Assembly (NCBI GenBank): GCA_041752695.1
Contig: JBGSVZ010000037.1
Coordinates: 1-49,112, forward strand
Length of the DNA stretch: 49,112 nt
Reading direction: 5' to 3'
Origin: Terrimicrobiaceae bacterium
GTDB taxonomy: Bacteria; Verrucomicrobiota; Verrucomicrobiia; Chthoniobacterales; Terrimicrobiaceae
Both the position numbers and the translations under genes were made by a program. Below are positions 8,301-17,706 of the stretch, in pieces. The notes under the pieces are model-generated. The model made no database searches, was not told the DNA's origin, and saw only the letters and a list, made by a program, of their open reading frames with translations. Position 1 is the stretch's first letter. Each line of letters starts with the position of its first letter.

Positions 8301-10954
8301 CCCCGAATAACAGGCCTTGGAAAGTCGGGGAAACCGCCGTGCTCACCGTCCTGTCTCCCACGCCCGGCGTGGCCTGGGTGAGCGTGGAAACGGATCATAT
8401 CCTCGACACCTTCACCGTCCCCGTCCAGGGCAACACCAGCCGGATCGAGATTCCGGTGAAACCCGAATACGAACCGAATGCGTTTGTCTCCGTCTATCTG
8501 CTCCGACCCGGAGGGGACGGGCAACTGGCCGGGGAAATGTTCGGCTACACCACGCTCGGCGTGGCGAAGGACGACCGCATCCTGGCCATCAATGTCCAGG
8601 TGGACAAACCCGAATACGAACCGCGCGAAAAAATCTCCGGCACGGTGCAGGTCACGGCCGCCGGCCGGCCGGTGGCGGGCGCCGACCTCGCCCTTTACGC
8701 GGTGGACGATTCGATTCTGTCCCTCGGCGGCTGGACGTTGCCGTCCTTCCTGGCGGAATTTTTCCCGGCGCGGAGTTATGCGGTGGTCACGTATTCGGCC
8801 CTGCGGGCCTACGTGGACAAGATTGCCCCCTCCTGGCTGACCTCGAAGGGGTTTGTGATTGGCGACGGCGGGGCCGACCTTTTCAGCAATGTGACCTTCG
8901 CCCGCAAGGAGTTCAAACCGATCATCCTCTGGCAGCCGAGCGTGAAGACGGATGCCGCCGGGGTGGCGAAGTTCGCCTGCGAGGCACCGGACAATCTGAC
9001 GAAATTCCGCGTGATTGCGGTCGGGCAGACCAAAAACAATCAGTTCGGGGCGGGAGATGAGACGTTTACGGTGACGAAAAAAATGCTCATCGAACCGGCC
9101 CTTCCGCGGTTTGTCCGGGAGGGCGATGACGTCGAGTTGCGGGCCGTGGCGCGGCAGAAGGTCAGCCCCGAGGAAAAGCTCGTCGTGCGCTGCACCACCG
9201 GTGGAGGGTTGGTTTTGCTCGCCGAGGCGACGCAGGAAATCTCCGCGGCGAAGGACGCGCCCGCCGTGGTGCGCTTTCGCGCCAAGGCCGGTTCGGTGGG
9301 TGCCGGCACGGTGAAGTTTGAAGTTGTTTCCACGACCAATCCCAAGCTGTCCGACGCCGTGGAAATCACCCTGCCGATTGCCGAGCCGGTGATCTTGAAA
9401 AAGGAAGCGGTGGGCGGCCGGGTGGGCAATACGACGTTCCAGGTGGCCGAAGTGGCACCTGGCGAATGGGAAAATGCGCGCGGCACGTTTGCGTTTGCCG
9501 TTTCCACCACGCCCTGGTTGGCCAAGCTGATGGGCCTGCCGTATTTGCTGGAGTACCCGCATGGCTGTTTCGAGCAAAAGACCTCGCGCCTGCTCGCCTA
9601 CACGTATCTCGGTGGCCTGCTCGAATACGTGCCCGATGCCGGCGCGCGGAAGGACACCTACGCTCATGTCATCGAAGAAACACTCGGCGAACTCGAGTCC
9701 TCGCTCCTCCCCGGAGGCTTGGTTCCGTATTGGCCACAGGGCACGGTGGCCAACGATTACGTCACCATTCAGACCGCCTGGTGTGTCGCCCAGGCGGAGG
9801 CGGCGGGGTTTGAGATTCCCGAACGGCTCGCCAGCGAGCTGCCGGAGGCTTTGGACAAAATTGTCACCCAGAAGCTGAGGACAAATTTCCCGGTCTCCCT
9901 GCGGGCATTTGCGCTCTTTGTGCTTTCGCTTTTCGAAACCGACGACCAGGCCGGCCTCACCGCCGCAGCCAACGAATTGTATCTCCAGCGCGACCAACTC
10001 ACCGGTGAAGGCCGCGCCATGCTCGCCATCGCGATGCACGGACTGGAGATCGAACCGGGGAAACAAGCCCAGCTCCTCAAGGAACTGCCCGACAAATTTG
10101 ACGGCATCGATTTTCAGCCCGAGACGTTTTCGTCCACCACCCGCACCGAGGCCCTCTGCCTCTGGGCGCGCCTCCTGATTGCGGAATCTCCCGACGCCGC
10201 GCGCCTGCAGGAACGGTTGGAAAAACTGATGGAATCCTCCGCCAGCCTCTCCACGCAGGAAAATCTCTGGCTGCTCGTGGCCTTCCAATCGCTGCTGGAG
10301 GAAACCAAATTTCCCAAGCTCCGCAAGGCGTCGCTCTCGCCGGCCGCTGGGGCCATTTCGGAAAACCAGACCGCTGCCGCCTGGACCGATCAGGACATCG
10401 CGCGGCTGACGGATTTTGTGGTCAAGGGCCTGCCCGAACCCAAACCCGCCGGCAGTTACGTGCTCTCGGCCCGGTATCGCAGCGGCGAAAAAACCACCGC
10501 CCTCCAAAGCCAGGGGATGCGCGTCGAGCGGGTCGTAAAAAACCTCTCCGATCCGCAGCGCACGGGCACAGCCGAAGCGCCGTTCAAGCTCGGCGATCAG
10601 CTGCTGATTTCCTACCGGTTTTCCTCCGACAAACCGCAGGCCTTCGTGGCGGTGGAGGATCTTCTCCCGGCGGCCATCGAAGTGGTGAATCCGAACCTGG
10701 CGATGTTCGGCAAATTTTACGCGCCGCCGGATGACGGGACGACTGTGGCCGACCTTTCGTTCAGCGAGATGCGCGATCAGCAAACGAATCTGTATTTCGA
10801 CCGCCTGCCCGCCGGCTCGGCGTCGTATGCCGTGCTCGCCCGCGTCACCGCAGCCGGGACATTCATCTGGCCGGCGACCCAAATGCAGCCGATGTATGAC
10901 AGCCGGTTTTACGGCCGGTCGCCCTCGAGCGTATGCGTGGCGGTGGGCGAGTGA
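5342..10954 (+). CDS. Bacterial alpha-2-macroglobulin (YfhM/MG2 family)
   Basis: 1870 aa; FTDRPLYRPG MG2 motif, AVDDSIL, PDNLTKFR, PRFVREGD, intact thioester motif PHGCFEQ; followed by pbpC as is typical. Confidence 0.95.
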   Translation: MKRALCLLLASTTVLLALDGPRRRDAAPASSEPIQNLPKFQVPEDPRPFTNNPEGAEISVEGLQEELRPFTTLTVIFPTEMVGADKIDAPAAESPIVIWPPVNAEFTWSTQTQGYLTVNGPLMPDQVYRFRLREGLVDAAGVALPVDQWGGEMVTPVFAVVEENYGERDRLNARPQVPVEFNYPARLTDAAQGVWFQNRATRERFPAEILLNVPDGETEVSVVDASLPADEKVYGFRVRPRDPLPVGAFYDIVVENVRDAYAGRGLAYPRVFPLGPTKPLEVEYVGARNEPLEKLTIDVKFKQILGEAPLPPDAVTVTPTVPNLNLLKGGRFLTLEGDFSLGTKYTVTISDKITGASGYGLAQPEKWGATFKPRQAAILFPNQTIRERSALGFRFGFYQVNTGALEWKLAPVPLEKLPDISNRLEEFRGEAEDAEGNTIWTAEGKIQQTPTELLIPAFGLTPVASGTVDPSPGDAETLRDLAWKPETGSLGGPMLLEITGTDAKGRIIGNRALIFFGEQAITRKVTPTETILRIARMTDGQPVPEAAVKVLDKKLLPLATGVTDAQGLAVFAQAAIPGAEYFVAEVNGNATLQPVAMSDAFSGGYLSSRPPPPLRSYSFTDRPLYRPGQEVSFKGLVREESGGSLKIPAGQPIRWTIERGYGNEVFASGQGKVDENGGWHGKWMPPAEGPLGEFVLKAWLGKVSLGDSARFRIEEFRNPPFSVECVEQDSRKAGEAVISASSQYFHGAPNAGATVTWTATWVGDSDGDYYEGRGDDSFKRVDLYSENRKRPTYLAEVSGETALDGNGQVTIRCEAPFKDAGNRARSNVSWKVDVTGPDGQTITGGVAHDVDMADVLLGVKSVDAETPGQLAFEWDAMEPFGSAPEAVKAELFHVVTKSVKERLAPNVYRYRNFDQFVPLEKRDRVTEETLTFAPKEPGRYVLVVSPLPGSAGMPVSEEAYLSGDEPSEVPVQADTAAAVLSVNGGLAPNNRPWKVGETAVLTVLSPTPGVAWVSVETDHILDTFTVPVQGNTSRIEIPVKPEYEPNAFVSVYLLRPGGDGQLAGEMFGYTTLGVAKDDRILAINVQVDKPEYEPREKISGTVQVTAAGRPVAGADLALYAVDDSILSLGGWTLPSFLAEFFPARSYAVVTYSALRAYVDKIAPSWLTSKGFVIGDGGADLFSNVTFARKEFKPIILWQPSVKTDAAGVAKFACEAPDNLTKFRVIAVGQTKNNQFGAGDETFTVTKKMLIEPALPRFVREGDDVELRAVARQKVSPEEKLVVRCTTGGGLVLLAEATQEISAAKDAPAVVRFRAKAGSVGAGTVKFEVVSTTNPKLSDAVEITLPIAEPVILKKEAVGGRVGNTTFQVAEVAPGEWENARGTFAFAVSTTPWLAKLMGLPYLLEYPHGCFEQKTSRLLAYTYLGGLLEYVPDAGARKDTYAHVIEETLGELESSLLPGGLVPYWPQGTVANDYVTIQTAWCVAQAEAAGFEIPERLASELPEALDKIVTQKLRTNFPVSLRAFALFVLSLFETDDQAGLTAAANELYLQRDQLTGEGRAMLAIAMHGLEIEPGKQAQLLKELPDKFDGIDFQPETFSSTTRTEALCLWARLLIAESPDAARLQERLEKLMESSASLSTQENLWLLVAFQSLLEETKFPKLRKASLSPAAGAISENQTAAAWTDQDIARLTDFVVKGLPEPKPAGSYVLSARYRSGEKTTALQSQGMRVERVVKNLSDPQRTGTAEAPFKLGDQLLISYRFSSDKPQAFVAVEDLLPAAIEVVNPNLAMFGKFYAPPDDGTTVADLSFSEMRDQQTNLYFDRLPAGSASYAVLARVTAAGTFIWPATQMQPMYDSRFYGRSPSSVCVAVGE

Positions 10955-13134
10955 AAAAAATTGCCGGCCGGCTCGGTCTCGCCGGGCTCCTGGGACTGCT
11001 TGTCGCGTGGATCGCCCTCGAGGCCGCCATCCGCGCCACGCCCGTGCCTGCCCTGGGGCCTCAGCCCGCCACTCCGGTCGTGACCGACCGGCGGGACCGA
11101 CCGGTCACCGTGCTGGCAACGCCGGTGGCCCGGGAGGCGTATCCGGGCAAGCTGCGGGAATTCGGGAAATGGCTGCCCCTCGCCACGGTCGCAATTGAGG
11201 ATCACCGTTTCTGGCATCATCGCGGTGTGGACTGGCACGCCCTCACCGGAGCCGCCCTGCGAAACCTTGCCCATGGACGCGTGATTTCCGGGGCGTCCAC
11301 CATCACCCAACAGTTGGTGAAAATTTCCTCCCCGCCCGGGCCGCGAAATTTTGGAGTCAAGGCCCGCGAGGCCCTGGCGGCCGGAAAGCTCGAACGCGAA
11401 ACCGGAAAGGAGCAGCTCCTGGAGGCCTATCTCAATCGTCTCGATTACGGAAACCGCCGCATCGGACCCGAGGCGGCGGCGCGCGCGTATTTTGGAAAAT
11501 CCGCGCGCGACCTTTCCCTGGCCGAGGCGATTTTTCTCGCCGGACTTCCCCAGTCCCCCCATCGGCTCAACCCGTGGAAACACCCACAAGCCGCGTTCGC
11601 CCGGTACGAGCGCAATGTGCGGCGACTGGCGGCGGAGGGGCTCCTTCCCGGGAAGGTCACCGCGGATTTTCTCCTCGCTGCGCCGCCCAAAATCTCGCGC
11701 CATTATCCCGTCAACGAGGCCCCGCATTTTGCCGAACTGGCCGGGCGGGGGGCGACCGGCCGTGTCGTTTCCAGCCTCGACCTCGATCTGCAAAAAACCG
11801 TCAGCCAGCTGCTCCGGGAACATCTCGCTGACGTGCTGGCGGAAAATGTCCGCGATGCCGCCGTCGTGGTCATCGACAATCGCACCGGCGAGGTGCAAGC
11901 GCTGGCCTGCGGAGGCGATCCCCGCCATGCCGCGATCAACTCCGCCGTGCAGCCGCGCAGCTGCGGGTCCACCCTCAAACCTTTCCTCTATCTCACCGCC
12001 ATCGATCAAAAGGCCCTCACCGCCGCCTCCCTTCTGCCCGACACGCCGGACGCCATCACCGAGACCTACGCGGATTACGATCCGCAAAACTATTCCGGAC
12101 ACTACCGCGGACCGGTCCGGCTGCGCGAGGCCCTTGGAAACTCGCTGAACGTCCCCGCGGTCGTCACGCTCAGCCGCCTCGGCGCCCGCAATGTTCATGA
12201 AATTCTGCGCGGCTGGGGGCTCCAATTTCCCGACACCTTCGACGCGTCGGGCGCGGGTTTTATCCTCGGCAATGCCCGCGTCACTCTCCTCGATCTCGCC
12301 GGTGCCTACGCCGCCCTCGCCCGCGGCGGGGTGTCGTGCGCCCCCCGCCTCACGCCCCGCCAGTTGTTGGAAACCCGCCGCGTCGCGTCCCCCGAGGGCA
12401 GTGCCATCATCACCGACGTGCTCTGCGACAACGCCGCGCGACGCACCAGCTTCGGGGCGCATTCACCGCTGCAGATCGGTCCCCGCACGGCCGTCAAGAC
12501 CGGGACAAGTTCCGGCTTTCGGGACGGCTGGTGTGTTGGGTTTAATAAAACCCACACCGTCGCCGTCTGGGCCGGCAACCTTGATGGCACGGCCATGTCC
12601 GAGGTGCTGGCCGTGCGTTCCGCCGCTCCACTCTGGGCCGCCATCATGCGCCACCTCTACACGCTGGGCGATGAACCCGTGCCCGGCCTGCAGGAGTCGG
12701 AGACCCTCCGCTCCGTTCAAGTCGCCGCCGAAACCGGCCTGCTGCCCCGCGAGGGCGAACCGACGGTCGGAGAGTGGTTTCTGGCGGGCACCGAACCCAC
12801 CGAAAAGGCCGCCACTTGGTACGCCGATGGCATCCTGCAGCTTCCCTCCGAGTACACCCACTGGTGCACGAGTCCCCAAAATCACCTCGGTGCCCGCGTC
12901 CGTGAGGGCGGCCTGAAAATTCTTTTTCCACGCGAAGGGTCGACGTTTGTCTTCAACGAAACCCTGACCTTCTCGCAGCAGACCCTTGCTCTGCAAGGCT
13001 CATCGCCGCACTGCGAGTGGTTCCTTAACGGAACGAGGCTGGAGAAACCGCTCCTTCCCCTCCAGCGCGGCACATGGTCGCTCTCCGCCAAAGCCGGAGG
13101 GGAAACCGCCGCGGCGACTTTTGTGGTGGAATAA
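10951..13134 (+). CDS. pbpC: Penicillin-binding protein 1C (transglycosylase + transpeptidase)
   Basis: AIEDHRF and GASTITQQLVK; STLK (SxxK), SLN, KTGTS; GTG 10951 overlaps the A2M stop. Confidence 0.93.
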   Translation: MKKIAGRLGLAGLLGLLVAWIALEAAIRATPVPALGPQPATPVVTDRRDRPVTVLATPVAREAYPGKLREFGKWLPLATVAIEDHRFWHHRGVDWHALTGAALRNLAHGRVISGASTITQQLVKISSPPGPRNFGVKAREALAAGKLERETGKEQLLEAYLNRLDYGNRRIGPEAAARAYFGKSARDLSLAEAIFLAGLPQSPHRLNPWKHPQAAFARYERNVRRLAAEGLLPGKVTADFLLAAPPKISRHYPVNEAPHFAELAGRGATGRVVSSLDLDLQKTVSQLLREHLADVLAENVRDAAVVVIDNRTGEVQALACGGDPRHAAINSAVQPRSCGSTLKPFLYLTAIDQKALTAASLLPDTPDAITETYADYDPQNYSGHYRGPVRLREALGNSLNVPAVVTLSRLGARNVHEILRGWGLQFPDTFDASGAGFILGNARVTLLDLAGAYAALARGGVSCAPRLTPRQLLETRRVASPEGSAIITDVLCDNAARRTSFGAHSPLQIGPRTAVKTGTSSGFRDGWCVGFNKTHTVAVWAGNLDGTAMSEVLAVRSAAPLWAAIMRHLYTLGDEPVPGLQESETLRSVQVAAETGLLPREGEPTVGEWFLAGTEPTEKAATWYADGILQLPSEYTHWCTSPQNHLGARVREGGLKILFPREGSTFVFNETLTFSQQTLALQGSSPHCEWFLNGTRLEKPLLPLQRGTWSLSAKAGGETAAATFVVE

Positions 13135-13677
13135 CTATTCCGTCGCGATGCCGTGCTCCTTGAGCACGCCCATCAGCTTTTCCGTCGCGACTTTTTTGCA
13201 ATCCTTCAGCCCCACGTCGCCGGCCACAAAGCTGTCGAAGGTGCCGTGAATGCCGACGGTCTGGCCCACGGTGAACAGGGCGTGTTCTTTGTTGATGGTC
13301 CCATCACCATTGCGGTGAAACATCGAGGCCTGACTGCCGTCCTCGGAAACCTTGATGCCCGCGTTCTGCGTCCAATCGGGAAGGTCAGCCAGCGTGAAAG
13401 TGCATTTCACATCGGGCGTGGTGTCGTTGGCCTGTTGCAGGAAAATCTGGAGCGGGTTGCCAGCACTGTCCTGCGACTGCGCAATTTGCCCCACGCGTCC
13501 GTAAACCAGCAAACGCTGCCCGTTGTACTTCTGCGTGGCGGCCTCGGGTTGACTGGAAAAATCGCTCATCACTTGGGCGAGGGTGACAAACCCATCCGGC
13601 GGCAGGGGAGAAAGCGCGGCGGTTTGGGCGAACAGTCCGGCGGCAGTGACGAGGAGGGCGAGGGGGAGCAGTTTCAT
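13135..13677 (-). CDS. Exported hypothetical protein, possibly OB-fold (tRNA_anti-like)
   Basis: Signal peptide MKLLPLALLVTAAG; EAATQKYNGQRLLVYGRV and GQTVGIHG...LKDC patterns resemble that family. Confidence 0.6.
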   Translation of the reverse strand: MKLLPLALLVTAAGLFAQTAALSPLPPDGFVTLAQVMSDFSSQPEAATQKYNGQRLLVYGRVGQIAQSQDSAGNPLQIFLQQANDTTPDVKCTFTLADLPDWTQNAGIKVSEDGSQASMFHRNGDGTINKEHALFTVGQTVGIHGTFDSFVAGDVGLKDCKKVATEKLMGVLKEHGIATE

Positions 13678-13788
13678 CAAAAGGATTCTCTCCGCTTTTT
13701 TCCAAAAGCTCAAACAGTTCCGTGAGGATCGCCAAATCGTCGCGAAAACCGGGGCTTTCCCCTCAGGCATCGTGTGGTAAAAGCCGCC

Positions 13789-14661
13789 ATGGCCCACAAG
13801 TTTTCGGTCTCTGCCCTGCTTCTTCTGGCCGGCTCCTGCGTCCTCTCTGCCGCCGAGAAGCCCCTCTGGACGTGGCAGGAACCCGACACCGAACTTTACC
13901 AACCGTGTTTCTCGCCCGACAGCCGCGCAATTGCCCTCGTCCGCAAAAAACACATCCCGGATTTTGCCGAGGCCGAAATGCTGTCGGAGGAAGACCGGAA
14001 AAAACGCACCTCGCCGATCGAGAAAGACGAACGCTATGCGGACCCCGAGGTGATCGTGCTGAAAATCGGGGAGACCACGCCGTCACGGGTGGACTGGGGG
14101 TGGTCCCCGGCCTTCTCGCCGGACGGCACTTCCATCGCCTACGCATTCCAGAAAAAACCGATCTCGCGGTTTCGTATTCTCGCGGAGACCATGGCGGGCA
14201 ACGACATTCGGCTCTACCACCTTACCGGGAAATCCACTCGCGTTCTGGCCGAACCCAAGACCGGATACCTGGACAGCCCCGTTTTTTCCCCGGACGGTGC
14301 GCGAATAAAGTATTCCCTCTGCGACGCGGTCAACGGCGCGTATGGAGGCGAGGTCGGCGCCGCGGAAATTGCCCTGGATGGTTCGCCCGGCAGCGCTCCG
14401 GGATCCTCCGCAGAAAAAGAGGACGAGGAGAGCCGCGGCCAGTTTTCCCCGGACTCCAAACTGATGGTGACGATCACCGAATCCGGTCTTGAAGTGGTGG
14501 ACCGCGCGAGTGAAAAAGCCGTGCAGACGATGGTCCTTCCCGGCCAGGTGCAAGGCGTGGCCTGGTCGCCGGACTCGCGCCGGCTGGCGGTCATTTTCAC
14601 GCAGCGGGAGGGAGAAATCTTCCACCGCGACGTCCTGCAGGTTTATTCCGTCCAACCCTGA
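13789..14661 (+). CDS. Exported TolB-like beta-propeller (PD40/WD40-like repeats)
   Basis: Signal peptide; repeated PCFSPDS, PAFSPDG, PVFSPDG, FSPDS, VAWSPDS motifs. Confidence 0.8.
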   Translation: MAHKFSVSALLLLAGSCVLSAAEKPLWTWQEPDTELYQPCFSPDSRAIALVRKKHIPDFAEAEMLSEEDRKKRTSPIEKDERYADPEVIVLKIGETTPSRVDWGWSPAFSPDGTSIAYAFQKKPISRFRILAETMAGNDIRLYHLTGKSTRVLAEPKTGYLDSPVFSPDGARIKYSLCDAVNGAYGGEVGAAEIALDGSPGSAPGSSAEKEDEESRGQFSPDSKLMVTITESGLEVVDRASEKAVQTMVLPGQVQGVAWSPDSRRLAVIFTQREGEIFHRDVLQVYSVQP

Positions 14662-14703
14662 ATCCCGCCGACAGAAATTCTATTCGAAAATTCGTCGGGA
14701 GAC

Positions 14704-15168
14704 TCAGTCCCTCTCGGTTTTCTCCGTGGATACCGGGCCCATTTCCGGGGAGGCCAGGGCCTGTTCCAGCGCGCGCCAGGCAAGAGTGGCGCATTTGACC
14801 CGCTGGGGAAATTGACGCACCGCGGCAAAAACCTGGAGGTCGCCGAAGCTCTCGGGGATTTCGGGTTCCTCGGCCAGCACCAGCATGTCGCGGAACGCGC
14901 CAACCATGGCCAGGGCTTCCGCCCGCGGGCGGCCCAGAATTTTCAGCGTCATCAAGGAAGCCGAGGCCATGCAGATGGCGCAGCCGTGGCCGGTGAATTT
15001 TACGGCCTCAATCGTCTCGGGTGAAAGTTTTACCGCGAGTTCCACTTCATCGCCACACGACGGGTTGTCGCCTTTGGCCGTGACGGTGGCGTCGGGCAGC
15101 GGGCCGAAGTTCCGCGGGCGTTTGCTGTGGTCGAGAATGATCTCCTGGTAAAGCTCGGTGAGGTTCAT
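14704..15168 (-). CDS. sufU: SUF system NifU-like Fe-S assembly sulfurtransferase
   Basis: LYQEIILDH, NPSCGD, GCAICMASAS, RVKCA; ATGA overlap with the sufS stop. Confidence 0.95.
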   Translation of the reverse strand: MNLTELYQEIILDHSKRPRNFGPLPDATVTAKGDNPSCGDEVELAVKLSPETIEAVKFTGHGCAICMASASLMTLKILGRPRAEALAMVGAFRDMLVLAEEPEIPESFGDLQVFAAVRQFPQRVKCATLAWRALEQALASPEMGPVSTEKTERD

Positions 15169-16394
15169 GCGAAAAAGGTTTGGATTTTGCGCAGGATCTC
15201 GGCCATGCGTTCGACTTCGGCCGGGGTGTTGTAAAAATAAAAACTCGCCCGGCAGGAAGCCGGAATCCCCAGTTTGCGCAGCAGCGGCTGGGTGCAATGG
15301 TGCCCGCCGCGCAGGGCGAGACCGTATTGGTCGGCCATACTCACAACATCGTGGGCGTGGGCATCCTGCAGGACAAAACTCACCAGCCCGCCGCGGTCGT
15401 CGCGCGGTCCGAGCAGACGCAGACCCGGAATGTCCTCCAGCAACGCCACGGCCTGCCGGGCGAGCGCGCGGTCATGCTCGAAAATGCGGGATCGCCCGAT
15501 CCCTTCGAGGTAGTCGACGGCGGCGCCCAGGCCAATCGCCTGGGCAATGGCAGGCGTGCCAGCCTCGAAACGATGGGGAGCAGGTTTGAACTGGCTCTCG
15601 GTGAATCCCACGCTGGCAATCATCTCGCCACCTCCCTGGAAGGGTTCCATCGCTTCGAGGATTTCCCGGCGTCCATACAGCGCACCGATGCCGGTGGGGC
15701 CGCACATCTTGTGGCCGGAAAGCGCCAGAAAATCGCACCCCATCGCGCGAACATCCAGGGGCAGGTGGCCGCCGCTTTGCGCCGCATCGACCAGCGTGGT
15801 GACCCCGGCCTTGCGCGCACGGGCACAAAGTTCGATCACGGGATTGATCGTGCCCAGCGAATTGGAAATGTGGACGAAGGAAAACAGTTTCACCGGACCC
15901 GAGAGCAAGGCGTCAAGTTCCGACAAATCAAGCAGGCCTTCCGGAGTGACGGGGACAAACCGGAGGCTGGCCCCGCGGCGTCGGGCGAGGAACTGCCAGG
16001 GAACGAGGTTGCTGTGGTGCTCCATCTCGGTGAGCAGGATGACATCGCCCGGCCCAACATTGGCGTCGCCCCAGGCGCGGGCGACCAGATTGATGGCTTC
16101 GGTGGTGCCGCGGGTAAAAACGATTTCCTCCGCATCGGCTCCGAGGAACGCAGCCAGCCGGGAGCGCGCGCCTTCGTAGGCTTCGGTGGCGCGATTACTG
16201 AGTTCGTGCAGACCGCGGTGGACGTTGCTGTTGTCGCGTTCGTAATAGTGGGACAACGAATCGATCACGGCGCGCGGTTTTTGCGAAGTCGCGGCGTTGT
16301 CAAAATAGATCAAGGGATGACCATGGACCTCCTGGTCCAAAATCGGGAAATCCGTCCGGATTTCCTCCCAGGTCCTGTCTTCAGTGAAATGCAC
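15165..16394 (-). CDS. sufS: Cysteine desulfurase (group II)
   Basis: YFDNAATSQKP, EHHSN, DAAQ, SGHKM (PLP Lys), FEAGTP, RGGHHC. Confidence 0.96.
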   Translation of the reverse strand: MHFTEDRTWEEIRTDFPILDQEVHGHPLIYFDNAATSQKPRAVIDSLSHYYERDNSNVHRGLHELSNRATEAYEGARSRLAAFLGADAEEIVFTRGTTEAINLVARAWGDANVGPGDVILLTEMEHHSNLVPWQFLARRRGASLRFVPVTPEGLLDLSELDALLSGPVKLFSFVHISNSLGTINPVIELCARARKAGVTTLVDAAQSGGHLPLDVRAMGCDFLALSGHKMCGPTGIGALYGRREILEAMEPFQGGGEMIASVGFTESQFKPAPHRFEAGTPAIAQAIGLGAAVDYLEGIGRSRIFEHDRALARQAVALLEDIPGLRLLGPRDDRGGLVSFVLQDAHAHDVVSMADQYGLALRGGHHCTQPLLRKLGIPASCRASFYFYNTPAEVERMAEILRKIQTFFA

Positions 16395-16527
16395 AAAGGC
16401 AACCTATCGGAGGGGGCGGGTGGCGGGGAAGGGGGATTTCGCGGAGTTCGATAGGGGAGGGTCAGCCTCCCGGCCTGATCCATTTTGAGACGGACGGGTC
16501 GGCGGCTGTCCCTCCATGGAGCTGATC

Positions 16528-17706
16528 TTAGAGATTTGCCGGCAGGCGCACGAAAAAGGTCGCTCCGGCACCGGGCCGGCTTTCGCAGTCGGCCGTTCCG
16601 CCCATGCCCTCGGCCATCAATCGCACGATGGACAGTCCGAGGCCGATGGAATGTTCGATGCTTTCCGCCTTGCGGGTCAGGCGGGTGAAGGGTTTGAAGA
16701 GTTTTTTCTGATCTTCCGTCGAGATGCCCTGACCTTCGTCACGCACGGAGAGCCGGACAAACCCCTCACCGTCGCGTCTGGCTTCGATCCAAACACGCGA
16801 CTCCGGCGAGGAGTATTTGACGGCGTTCGAAACGAGGTTGGAAAGAATCTGCCGACAAGCCGTGAGGTCGCCGCGAATGGACGAAGCGTCGCACTGTAGT
16901 TGAAAGGTGATGTTTTTCGCCTGCGACGCCATTTGGTGGGCCTGAATGGCAAAATCGAGCAGCGGCTGCGTTTCCACCGTTTCGCTTTGCAGGCGGATCT
17001 CGCGGCGTTCGATGGCATCGATGTTGAGCAGATTTTCCGCCAGCGCGATCATGTGCTCGGCCTCAACGCCGATGTCGTTGAGAAGCTGGGCGGCATCTTC
17101 TTCCTCGACAGGTTCGTCGTCGGTGAGCAGGCGGGAAACCGAGATGACATTGCCAAAGGCTCCGCGGATGTCGTGCGAGACGATGCTGAGGAAACGGTTT
17201 TTGTCCTCGTTCAATCTCCGCAGGTGCCGGCTGATGCGCTCGAGCTGTTTGTTGTAGGTGCCGAAGAGGTCGCGGGAGGATTTCAGCTCCAGGTGGGTGC
17301 GGACGCGGGCCAGCAATTCCGGTGGACGGAAGGGTTTGGTGATGTAGTCCACCGCGCCGAGTTGGAATCCGTGCAGGATATCCTCGGTGTCTGTGCGGGC
17401 TGTGATAAAAATCACCGGAATGTCGGCGGAATGTTCGTCGCCCTTCAACTCCTGGCAGACGGTGAAGCCGTCCACATCCGGCATCATAATGTCGAGCAGG
17501 ATAAGGTCCGGCTTCCGATTGCGCACGAGGGCAAGAGCGCGGGGCCCATTGGTCGCGGCCATGATCTCATACCCCTGCTCGGTCAGGTGTCCGGCGAGCA
17601 CCTGGAGATTCTCCGGCAGGTCATCCACGATCAAGATGAGGCGTTTCCGCAAACCCTCCGGCTTGGTTTCCTGCAACGGCTCGGAGGTGGAATATTCGAA
17701 GTTCAT
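16528..17706 (-). CDS. Hybrid response regulator / histidine kinase (REC-HisKA-HATPase)
   Basis: ILIVDD, LILLDIMMP, DYITKPF; SHDIR; NLVSNAVKY, DEGQG, GLGL. Confidence 0.93.
   Translation of the reverse strand: MNFEYSTSEPLQETKPEGLRKRLILIVDDLPENLQVLAGHLTEQGYEIMAATNGPRALALVRNRKPDLILLDIMMPDVDGFTVCQELKGDEHSADIPVIFITARTDTEDILHGFQLGAVDYITKPFRPPELLARVRTHLELKSSRDLFGTYNKQLERISRHLRRLNEDKNRFLSIVSHDIRGAFGNVISVSRLLTDDEPVEEEDAAQLLNDIGVEAEHMIALAENLLNIDAIERREIRLQSETVETQPLLDFAIQAHQMASQAKNITFQLQCDASSIRGDLTACRQILSNLVSNAVKYSSPESRVWIEARRDGEGFVRLSVRDEGQGISTEDQKKLFKPFTRLTRKAESIEHSIGLGLSIVRLMAEGMGGTADCESRPGAGATFFVRLPANL

Noticed and set aside
6806..10882. 1358-aa minus-strand ORF
   Set aside because: Antisense shadow of the alpha-2-macroglobulin gene in GC-rich DNA; no recognisable motifs
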